This document shows, in pieces, positions 50,052 through 57,847 of a stretch of 64,000 nt of DNA. The notes under the pieces were generated by a model. The model was given only the letters and a program-made list of their open reading frames with translations. It did no database searches and was not told the DNA's origin. The stretch covers positions 24,111-88,110 of the forward strand of contig JABHAA010000147.1 of the NCBI GenBank assembly GCA_018674495.1, in the 5' to 3' direction. Within the stretch, counting starts at the first letter, position 1. The number at the start of each line of letters is the position of its first letter. A program made the translations under genes and the position numbers. The DNA comes from Rhodospirillaceae bacterium (GTDB lineage Bacteria; Pseudomonadota; Alphaproteobacteria; Rhodospirillales; UBA2165).

Positions 50052-50954
50052 TTAGCCGTCTTCCGGCGGCTTCACTTCGACGCCGGCGCGCCTCTCGACG
50101 CATTTGACGATTTCCGAGAAGTCCGCATCGCTGCCCAATTCGGCAAGCGCCCGCTCCCAGACATCGCGCACCGTGGCGGCGAGGGTCATCGGGATGCCCA
50201 TCGCCTCGCCCTCGGCCAGAGCGAGGGCCACGTCTTTGTGCATCAGCCCGACAGAAAACCCCAAATCGAATTTGCGCGGCAAAATGGCGCCCGCGAACTT
50301 ACCGTCGGTGGCGGTGTTTTTGCCGGAGCCGGAATTGATCACATCCAGCATGATACGGGGATCGAGGCCGGCTTTAACCCCCATCACCATGGCTTCCGAC
50401 GAGATCGCCAAAGCCGTTGCCGAGAGAAGATTGTTGGCTAGCTTCATGGTCTGGCCCATGCCGGCTTCCTCGCCGACATGAAAGACATTGCCGATCACTT
50501 CCAGCGGCGCCCGTACCCGCTCCAAGGCTTCTGGCGCGGCTGCGGCCATTACCGCCAGGGTGCCGGCTACGGCGCCCGAGACACCGCCCGAAACCGGCGT
50601 ATCGACGACGGCGATATCGGTGTCGGCCAGCGCTGCTGCAACTTCAGCCGCCATGCGCGGGCCGGTGGTCGATAGATCCACATAGGTTTTGACGCGGTTG
50701 CCGGACGAAATACCGCCCGGGCCGAGGGCGACCGCCTTGACCACGTCCGGGGTCGGCAGGCTGACCAGCACCACTTCGGCCGCCGAGGCGACGGCAGCCG
50801 GCGAGGCTGCCTTTGTGGCGCCGAGATCGACCAACTCCGCGACCGCGTCCTCGTTGATATCGTAGATGGTCAGATCAAATCCGGCATCCAGCAATCGCCG
50901 GCACATGGGCGCGCCCATATTGCCAACGCCGATAAATCCTACGGCTTCAGCCAC
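50052..50954 (-). CDS. NAD(P)-dependent 3-hydroxyisobutyrate-dehydrogenase-family oxidoreductase
   Basis: GFIGVGNMGAPM dinucleotide motif. About 300 aa. Confidence 0.8.
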   Translation of the reverse strand: MAEAVGFIGVGNMGAPMCRRLLDAGFDLTIYDINEDAVAELVDLGATKAASPAAVASAAEVVLVSLPTPDVVKAVALGPGGISSGNRVKTYVDLSTTGPRMAAEVAAALADTDIAVVDTPVSGGVSGAVAGTLAVMAAAAPEALERVRAPLEVIGNVFHVGEEAGMGQTMKLANNLLSATALAISSEAMVMGVKAGLDPRIMLDVINSGSGKNTATDGKFAGAILPRKFDLGFSVGLMHKDVALALAEGEAMGIPMTLAATVRDVWERALAELGSDADFSEIVKCVERRAGVEVKPPEDG

Positions 50955-50988
50955 AATTCCCCCTTATTGTATTCAGACGACCCGCCCT

Positions 50989-51885
50989 TTACTGGATCTG
51001 ACCGGTCGCCAGCCAGTGGGCGCATTCCTCGCCCAATTCTGCATCCGCCAGATTTTCGTATTTTTTGATTTCCACGTCCGAAAGCGTATCCTTCCAACGG
51101 CCGTTGACGCCCCGGTGGATGAATTGCTCGGCGCCGCCGTCCCAGAAGGCGCCGCCCAGCGGCACCGACGCCGTTGCGTTGGCTTTCATGTAATCAAAGC
51201 TGCAATGGTGCAGGATCGTATCCCACTTCGATTCATCGATATCTATTTCCAGGAAGGCGGCGATCTTGCGGATCTCGCCGGGCATGTCGTCTTTCAAGGC
51301 ACCGAAGTGGATCAGATTGACGTTGGGAAGATCGCGGATGTCCCACCAGGTCTGGATGTTTTCCCAGAACGACCAGAACGGGAAGCCATCCTGATCGAGC
51401 CATTCGTGATAATACTGAACAATATTGTCCACCGGCCTATCCATCGGTGGGCCGACCAGGCCGGGGGTTTCATTGAGCGCCTCGTACCAGGCGTCGTTGG
51501 CGGTTGAGTGATGGTTATAGAGGCTCCACACCACATCGCGGCCATCGCGGGCGATATAGATATATTTGACCTTTTCAGAGAACACCAAGGCATCCACCGG
51601 CAGATGGGTCTTCATGAAGCGGCGATGGGTCTGCGCCTCGACGCCGGCCAGCTTGACCTCGTTGGGTGGGATGCGGAGATCGAGCCAGGGCGACATATCG
51701 GCCACCGGCAAGCCTTCTTCGCCATTGAACAGCAATTGGCTGATAATCTGCTGCACCCAGGTGGTACCGGTCTTGGCGTAGGTGGCGATGATGATGTCAT
51801 CGTCGCGAAATGGAAAATCATTCCAGACGGTGGAATCGAAATGGTTGCTTTCCATCTCTCTGGTTTTTTTCGGGGTACCTGACAT
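50989..51885 (-). CDS. PAPS-dependent sulfotransferase (Sulfotransfer_1, cytosolic-SULT-like)
   Basis: 5'-PSB loop YAKTGTTWVQQI (consensus PKxGTTW). 3'-PB motif IARDGRDVVWSLYNH (consensus RxxxDxxxSxYxH). Confidence 0.75.
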   Translation of the reverse strand: MSGTPKKTREMESNHFDSTVWNDFPFRDDDIIIATYAKTGTTWVQQIISQLLFNGEEGLPVADMSPWLDLRIPPNEVKLAGVEAQTHRRFMKTHLPVDALVFSEKVKYIYIARDGRDVVWSLYNHHSTANDAWYEALNETPGLVGPPMDRPVDNIVQYYHEWLDQDGFPFWSFWENIQTWWDIRDLPNVNLIHFGALKDDMPGEIRKIAAFLEIDIDESKWDTILHHCSFDYMKANATASVPLGGAFWDGGAEQFIHRGVNGRWKDTLSDVEIKKYENLADAELGEECAHWLATGQIQ

Positions 51886-51976
51886 TGTTCTTAACTCCTC
51901 CCTGAAGCGTTTTGATGGCTTTGTTGTATGACCGTTAGAGTAACAATTTCACACAAAAATTAAAGGTTCAACCAAA

Positions 51977-54313
51977 TCACGAACCTGTCAGCGCCCGCCA
52001 GATGCGTTCCGAAGTGACCGGCATTTCGATGTTTTCGATGCCGGTGTGTTTGAGCGCATCGACAATGGCGCTGACGATGACGGCCGGCGCCGGCGTGGTA
52101 CCGCCCTCGCCCACCCCCTTGACGCCGAGGGGATTGCTGGCAGACGGAATCTCGGAAAAATCGATGCGGAAGGGCGGAAAATTATCGGCCCTCGGCATGG
52201 CGTAATCGAGCATGGTGCCGGCCACGATCTGGCCGCTTTGCCTATCGTGTATAGGGCCTTCCATCAGCGCCTGGCCGGCGCCCTGGGCGATGCCGCCATG
52301 CACCTGACCCTCGGCGAGCAACGGATTGATGACCCGCCCGCAATCATCGATCTGGGCATAGTCCACCAGCGTCACGTGCCCGGTTTCGGGGTCCACTTCC
52401 ACCTCGACAATAGCGCAGCCGGCGGGATAGGCGGGCAGCCGTTTTTCCACGTAGCCGGTACCGTCCAGGCCGCCTTGCAAATCCTCCGGCGCATTACCGC
52501 TTTCGGCGGCCGCCGCCACTTCAAAGAGGCTGATGCTCCGGTCGGTGCCTTTGATGGTGAAGGCACCGGCTTCGAATTCGAAATCGTTTTCGGCGGCTTC
52601 CAGGGCGTGCGCCGCGATGCGCTTGCCCTTTTCGATGATCGCGTCCGAGGCCCAGCTCAACACCGTGCCACCGAGGCGCATGGAGCGTACGCTTTGCGAG
52701 CCGCCGCCGACCACGATTTGATTGGAATCACCAAGCGAGATGCGCACCGCACCGAAATCAACGCCGAGCCGCTCGCACAAGACTTGCGCAAACACCGTCT
52801 CGTGTCCCTGGCCGGTCGGCCCGGTACCAATGACAGCGCTGATGCTCCCTGAGCCATGCACCGTGACGTCGGCCCGTTCCCGCGGCATGCCGGTGGGCGT
52901 TTCGAAATAATTGGCAAGGCCCAACCCACGCAGGCGGCCCCTGGCTTCGGAATCTTTGCGCCGCGCTTCGAACCCGTCCCAGCCGGCCAGATCCTGTGCC
53001 GCCTGCATATTTCCAGGGAAATCGACGTTATCCCACGGCACCCCGAAGGCCGAGTTGAAGGGCAGCTTGTCGGCGGGCACCATGTTTTTGCGGCGCAGCT
53101 CCACCCGGTCCATGCCCAAACGCTTGGCCGCGATATCGATGGTGCGCTCGATATTGAAGATGGATTCGGGCCGCCCCGCCCCCCGGTATGGGCCCGTGGG
53201 CACCGTGTTGGTAAAGACGCCGATGCCGTTGAGGTAGGCGTTATCGAAATGATAGCAGCCGGTGGACGTCCAGCCGGCGTTGCTCAGAGGCACATAGGCC
53301 ATGGAGATGGCGCCGACGTTGGAAAGCAGCTTGATCTTTAGCGCCGTGAAATGGCCATCCGCGTCCAGCCCCAAGGTCATGTGGGCGCGGAAATCCCGGC
53401 CATGCATGTCGGATGCGAAACACTCCCACCGCTCGGCCCGCCACTTCACCGGTCGGCCCAGGCGCATTGAGCCCCAGGCGATCAGCACATGTTCGGGGTA
53501 TATGAAATTGCGCGCACCGAAGCCGCCGCCCACATCGGTGGTCACTACATGGATCGATGCGGGCTCCATCCCAAACACCCGGGACAGCATCATCTTGTAA
53601 TTGAACACCCCTTGGGAATCGGCGTGCATGAACAAGGTGCCGGCGGCGGTATCGAAGCTGGCAACCGAGACCCTTGGCTCCATGGGCACCTGCGCAACCC
53701 GGGGATTGACCAGTTCCACCTCGACCACATGGGCGGCGGCGGCCAGGGCGGCATCGGTGGCTGCCTCGTCGCCCTTTTCCATATCGACGGCGATATTGCC
53801 GGGCGCACCCTTCCAGATTTCGGCGGCGCCCGGCTGCATGGCGTCGGATAAATCGACGCTAACCGGCAACTCGGCATAATCGACGCGGATAAGATCGGAC
53901 GCGCCGCGCGCCTGATCGGCAGTCTCGGCGATCACGAAGGCCAGCGGCTGGCCGACGAAGCGCACCCGGTCATCGGCCAAAACTTTTAGCGGGCTTTGGA
54001 ACATTGGCGCGCCGTCCCGGTTGGCCAGGGACGGAACTTCGGGCTGAAACAGACCCGCCGGGTTGGAAATATATGGCAAATCGCCAAGGCCGTCTTCGGC
54101 GTAGTCCTTGGCGGTCAGCACCAATAGCACGCCAGGCGCCTCCTTCGCCGCTGCCACGTCGATGGCGGTAATCTCGGCGTGCGCCATTTCGGCGCGCTTA
54201 ACATGGCCGTGGGCCTGGCCTTCTAAGTTCACATCATCCGTATAAACGCCGTTGCCGGTGAGCAAGCGCTGGTCTTCCACCCGCCGCACCGGCTGGCCGA
54301 TACCCATTTCCAT
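51977..54313 (-). CDS. Xanthine-dehydrogenase-family molybdopterin-binding large subunit (CoxL-like), second copy, without adjacent Fe-S or FAD subunits
   Basis: N-terminus GQPVRRVEDQRLLTGNG. GGGFGAR motif. Start placed at MEMGIG (54313); the track ORF extends to 54445. Confidence 0.8.
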   Translation of the reverse strand: MEMGIGQPVRRVEDQRLLTGNGVYTDDVNLEGQAHGHVKRAEMAHAEITAIDVAAAKEAPGVLLVLTAKDYAEDGLGDLPYISNPAGLFQPEVPSLANRDGAPMFQSPLKVLADDRVRFVGQPLAFVIAETADQARGASDLIRVDYAELPVSVDLSDAMQPGAAEIWKGAPGNIAVDMEKGDEAATDAALAAAAHVVEVELVNPRVAQVPMEPRVSVASFDTAAGTLFMHADSQGVFNYKMMLSRVFGMEPASIHVVTTDVGGGFGARNFIYPEHVLIAWGSMRLGRPVKWRAERWECFASDMHGRDFRAHMTLGLDADGHFTALKIKLLSNVGAISMAYVPLSNAGWTSTGCYHFDNAYLNGIGVFTNTVPTGPYRGAGRPESIFNIERTIDIAAKRLGMDRVELRRKNMVPADKLPFNSAFGVPWDNVDFPGNMQAAQDLAGWDGFEARRKDSEARGRLRGLGLANYFETPTGMPRERADVTVHGSGSISAVIGTGPTGQGHETVFAQVLCERLGVDFGAVRISLGDSNQIVVGGGSQSVRSMRLGGTVLSWASDAIIEKGKRIAAHALEAAENDFEFEAGAFTIKGTDRSISLFEVAAAAESGNAPEDLQGGLDGTGYVEKRLPAYPAGCAIVEVEVDPETGHVTLVDYAQIDDCGRVINPLLAEGQVHGGIAQGAGQALMEGPIHDRQSGQIVAGTMLDYAMPRADNFPPFRIDFSEIPSASNPLGVKGVGEGGTTPAPAVIVSAIVDALKHTGIENIEMPVTSERIWRALTGS

Positions 54314-54466
54314 TTTCGTTTTCCCGCCTGTAATTGTGCCGGTATCCTTGGATGTTCCCGCAACCGACTTCAAGGCAAAAAATTGGGGCCGCGCGCCCCG
54401 CTTGACAGCGGCGATAGAGGACCGAAAATACCGGCTACGCCACAATATGGATTAGAGAGGCCTGCC

Positions 54467-54985
54467 ATGCTTCCCATGCCCATCGGAGATTTGGAAAAAA
54501 TATCGCGCCAGTTGGACGAAGAAGGCCGCCGCATCCAGGTTCTCTGGCAAGTGCCGCAGTCGCTCGCCTTCGTTGCCAGGGGCCGCGAATACCGGTCCGA
54601 GTTCCACATCGATCCCTCGGACGAGCTGATGTATATGATCAAGGGCGAAATGAACCTCCATTACCGGGACGAAGACGGAAAAGAAGATATTTCGGTGCTG
54701 AAAGAGGGCGAGATTATCTACACCGCCGCCGGCATCCCCCACAGCCCGCGCTTTCCGCCCGATGCGTTTCTTCTTGTGATGGAGCGCAAACGCCTGCCCG
54801 GCGAGATCGACCGCTTCCATTGGTTCTGCCCCGATTGCGACAATTTTCTGCACGAAGAAACTTTCATCGTCGAGGATTACCACTTGGACCCAGTGTCCAA
54901 GGCCTACCGCAATTTCTTCGATTCGGAAGAATTTCGCACCTGCAATGCTTGCGGCACCGTCATGCCGTATTTTGAAAGCACCTAA
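54467..54985 (+). CDS. nbaC: 3-hydroxyanthranilate 3,4-dioxygenase
   Basis: Cupin core FHIDPSDELMYMIKGEMNL...LKEGEIIY...PHSPRF. Rubredoxin-like C-terminus WFCPDC...CNAC. Colinear with bacterial HAO as I remember it. RBS AGAGAGG. Confidence 0.85.
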   Translation: MLPMPIGDLEKISRQLDEEGRRIQVLWQVPQSLAFVARGREYRSEFHIDPSDELMYMIKGEMNLHYRDEDGKEDISVLKEGEIIYTAAGIPHSPRFPPDAFLLVMERKRLPGEIDRFHWFCPDCDNFLHEETFIVEDYHLDPVSKAYRNFFDSEEFRTCNACGTVMPYFEST

Positions 54986-54989
54986 TATC

Positions 54990-55394
54990 ATGCCCAAACA
55001 AATCGTCACCTCGGCCACCGCGCCGACCACCGGATTTACGGACAAGGCCACCCAATCGCCCCTCGCCCAGGGCATTCGCTGGGGCGATGCGTTGTTCGTA
55101 TCGGGGCAAGGACCGCTCGATCCGGAAACCAAGGAGGTGGTCTCCGAAGACATTCAGGATCAGACCCGCCAGACCTTGAAAAACCTCAAGGGGGTATTGG
55201 CCGCCGCCGGCGCCGATTTCACCAACGTGGTCAATATGCGGGTCTGCCTGCGCGACGCCGCCGATTTCCCCAAATTCAACGAGACCTTCGCCGAGATATT
55301 GGCTGGCGAAAAGGTCACCCGCACCTGCATCGGCGGCACCCCGCACCGGAAGGGCGTCAATGTGGAGATCGACTGTATCGCCATGTTTGACTGA
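54990..55394 (+). CDS. RidA/YjgF-family enamine/imine deaminase (2-aminomuconate-deaminase-like)
   Basis: 134 aa with RidA-family layout (..GDALFVSGQGPLDPET...RTCIGG...VEIDCIA). Confidence 0.8.
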   Translation: MPKQIVTSATAPTTGFTDKATQSPLAQGIRWGDALFVSGQGPLDPETKEVVSEDIQDQTRQTLKNLKGVLAAAGADFTNVVNMRVCLRDAADFPKFNETFAEILAGEKVTRTCIGGTPHRKGVNVEIDCIAMFD

Positions 55395-55425
55395 GACCAA
55401 AAGCAAGACCAAAAGGATAGAAACC

Positions 55426-57060
55426 ATGCCAGACGCAAGCCCCACGTTCGATCCCGATAAATTCCGCCTCCGCCGCTTTGTCGACCAGCTGGAACATATC
55501 GGCGAGTTGGATATCCACGAAGAGCCGGTAACCCTGGCCGATCTTTCCAGCCACATCGAAGCCTCCGATAAGGCGATCCTGTTCCGCGCCGCCGGGCCCG
55601 AAGGCCATGAGCTGGTGGCCAACGTATCGGGCAGCCGCGCCCGCCTGGCCGCCGCCCTTGGCGTTGCCGAAGGCGATGCGGTGGCCGAGTTCCAGCGCCG
55701 CCTGGATAATCCGCAGCCGGTATTCAGCGTCGATGCGAAAGACGCCCCGGTGCGCGAGGTCGTGCTCGAAGGCGGTGATATCGATCTCGCCAAGCTGCCC
55801 TTTCATCCCCAGCACGCCTTCGACGGCTCCGCCTATATGTCGGCGGCGCTGGATTTCTGTATCGATCCGGAAACCGGCATCACCAATGTGGGCGCCCGGC
55901 GGCTATCGCTTCGCTCGAAGACAGAAGCCGGCACAAACGTCACGGCGCCATCCGATCTGCAACGCATCTACCGCGCCGCCGTGGCGCGCGGCGAGAAGTT
56001 GCCCATAAGCTTTGCGGTCGGCTCCAACCCGGTGGATCATCTCGCCGCCGGGATGCGCATGCCGGTAGACGAAACCACCCTTGTGGGCACCATCCGCGGC
56101 GAGCCGGTGCCGCTGGTCAAAAGCCTCACCAACGATATCGGCGTGCCCGCCGACGCCGAAATGATTATCGAGGGGTATCTGGACGAGCGCGGCTATGTGG
56201 AGCCGGAAGGCCCCTACGGTGAATATGTGGGCTACTACGGCGCCATGCATCTGGACCCGGTGTTCCACGTCACCGCCATCACCCATCGCCGTGACGTTTT
56301 GCACCAATCCATGTTGCACGGCTCCGGGCGGGTTTTGCGGCGCATGGAATCGGCGCATCTTTTGGGCCTTCGCAATGAAGCTAGTATCTTCAAAATGCTG
56401 CGCGAGGGAGGCTTCCAGGTCACTCAAGTCTATATTCCACCGTCCGGCGCCGAGGGCCAGCAGATCCGCATTGCCTTTGATCAGATGCGCCCCGGACAGG
56501 CGCGCAATGTGATCTCCCTGGTAATGGCCAGGGTGCACGGCGCCAAGCATGTCACGGTTACCGACAGTGACGTCAATATCCGCGACGCCAACGATATGGA
56601 ATGGGCCATGGCGTCCCGCTTCCAGGCGGACCGGGACATTATGACTTTTACCGGCATGATGGGCATGCCGATGGATCCGTCGTTGGAAGGCGGGCCCACC
56701 GGCGCCAAGGCCGGCTTTGATATGACCATGCCCATGTTCCGGCGCGGCCAGTTGATGGCAACGGTGGCCGAGGCGCCTAAGATCGATGCCCCGGCCCGCC
56801 ACCAGACGGTCGCCCAGGCCCTCGAACAGGGGCCCATGTTCTTCACCGATATCATGGCTGCGCTGGGCAGCCGCGATGGCCGCGAGATCGCGCTGGAGCT
56901 GAACGAATTGCGCGGCCAGGGCAAGTTGATGCGCAACGGCAACGGCCAATATGAATTGGGCGATGCGGCGCCCGGCTCGACCGGGCTGACCGAAGACGCC
57001 AAGCACCACATTTCCATGGACCCCAACGCCAAATTGCAGGCGTTGAGCCGAACCAAATAG
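55426..57060 (+). CDS. UbiD-family (prFMN-dependent) reversible decarboxylase
   Basis: 544 aa. UbiD-like N-terminus (FRLRRFVDQLEHIGEL..I.EPV.L) and central motifs. It has a C-terminal extension of about 60 aa. No ubiX is present in the window. Confidence 0.8.
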   Translation: MPDASPTFDPDKFRLRRFVDQLEHIGELDIHEEPVTLADLSSHIEASDKAILFRAAGPEGHELVANVSGSRARLAAALGVAEGDAVAEFQRRLDNPQPVFSVDAKDAPVREVVLEGGDIDLAKLPFHPQHAFDGSAYMSAALDFCIDPETGITNVGARRLSLRSKTEAGTNVTAPSDLQRIYRAAVARGEKLPISFAVGSNPVDHLAAGMRMPVDETTLVGTIRGEPVPLVKSLTNDIGVPADAEMIIEGYLDERGYVEPEGPYGEYVGYYGAMHLDPVFHVTAITHRRDVLHQSMLHGSGRVLRRMESAHLLGLRNEASIFKMLREGGFQVTQVYIPPSGAEGQQIRIAFDQMRPGQARNVISLVMARVHGAKHVTVTDSDVNIRDANDMEWAMASRFQADRDIMTFTGMMGMPMDPSLEGGPTGAKAGFDMTMPMFRRGQLMATVAEAPKIDAPARHQTVAQALEQGPMFFTDIMAALGSRDGREIALELNELRGQGKLMRNGNGQYELGDAAPGSTGLTEDAKHHISMDPNAKLQALSRTK

Positions 57061-57068
57061 AGGACCAT

Positions 57069-57830
57069 ATGTCAGACACTTCAATTTCTGAGCTGGCCGG
57101 CAGGACGGCGTTCGTCACCGGCGGCTCCAACGGCATCGGCGCCGCCGCCGTAAAAATGCTGGCCGACGCCGGCGCGTCGGTCATCGTCGGCTATAACCAG
57201 GGAGAAACCCGGGCGCGGGCGCTGATGGAGGCCTTGCCCGGTGATGGTCACGGCATCCAGCAATTGTCGCTGGAGGACTCGGCCTCGGTGGTTAACGCCG
57301 GGAAGGCCATCAGGGCGAAGTTTCCGGCGCTCAACGTGCTGGTCAATTCCGCCGGCTTCACCAAGCCGATCCCCCACGATCAATTGGATGCCCTCGACGA
57401 TGAATTCATGGACGTCATGCTGCGCGCCAATGTGCGCGGCCCGTTTTCGGTGATCCGCGCCCTCGCCCCGGCACTGAAAGCCAGCGGCGACGGCGTTATC
57501 GTCAATGTATCGTCCGTTTCGGCATTCACCGGGGCGGGCAGCTCCATCGCCTATGTGGCCTCGAAGGCGGCCATCGACGGCATCACCATGGCCCTGGCGC
57601 GGGTACTGGGGCCGGAGGTTCGAGTTATGTGTGTTTCGCCGGGTGCCGTCGCCACCGATTTCGTCGCCGGGCGGGGGCGCGAGCAACTGGAAAAGCTGAT
57701 GGAAAGCTCTCCCCTCGGCCGGGTGACCGAACCCGAAGACGTGGCCCGCGCCATCATGGCCTGCATCACCCATCTGAAAGCCACCACCGGCGACAAAATC
57801 ATCGTCGATGGTGGGCGCTACCTGGGCTAA
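57069..57830 (+). CDS. Short-chain dehydrogenase/reductase (SDR)
   Basis: TGGSNGIGAA cofactor motif. Catalytic YVASK (YxxxK). Confidence 0.85.
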   Translation: MSDTSISELAGRTAFVTGGSNGIGAAAVKMLADAGASVIVGYNQGETRARALMEALPGDGHGIQQLSLEDSASVVNAGKAIRAKFPALNVLVNSAGFTKPIPHDQLDALDDEFMDVMLRANVRGPFSVIRALAPALKASGDGVIVNVSSVSAFTGAGSSIAYVASKAAIDGITMALARVLGPEVRVMCVSPGAVATDFVAGRGREQLEKLMESSPLGRVTEPEDVARAIMACITHLKATTGDKIIVDGGRYLG

Positions 57831-57847
57831 CAAAGAAAGACGGGGAA

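Noticed and set aside
57629-57847. Upstream extension of the selenoprotein ORF (track ORF 57629..58138)
   Set aside because: The extension overlaps the 3' end of the SDR gene in another frame and has Arg/Pro-rich shadow composition. ATG 57848 follows the SDR stop and begins the conserved-looking MAQQISILDP sequence.
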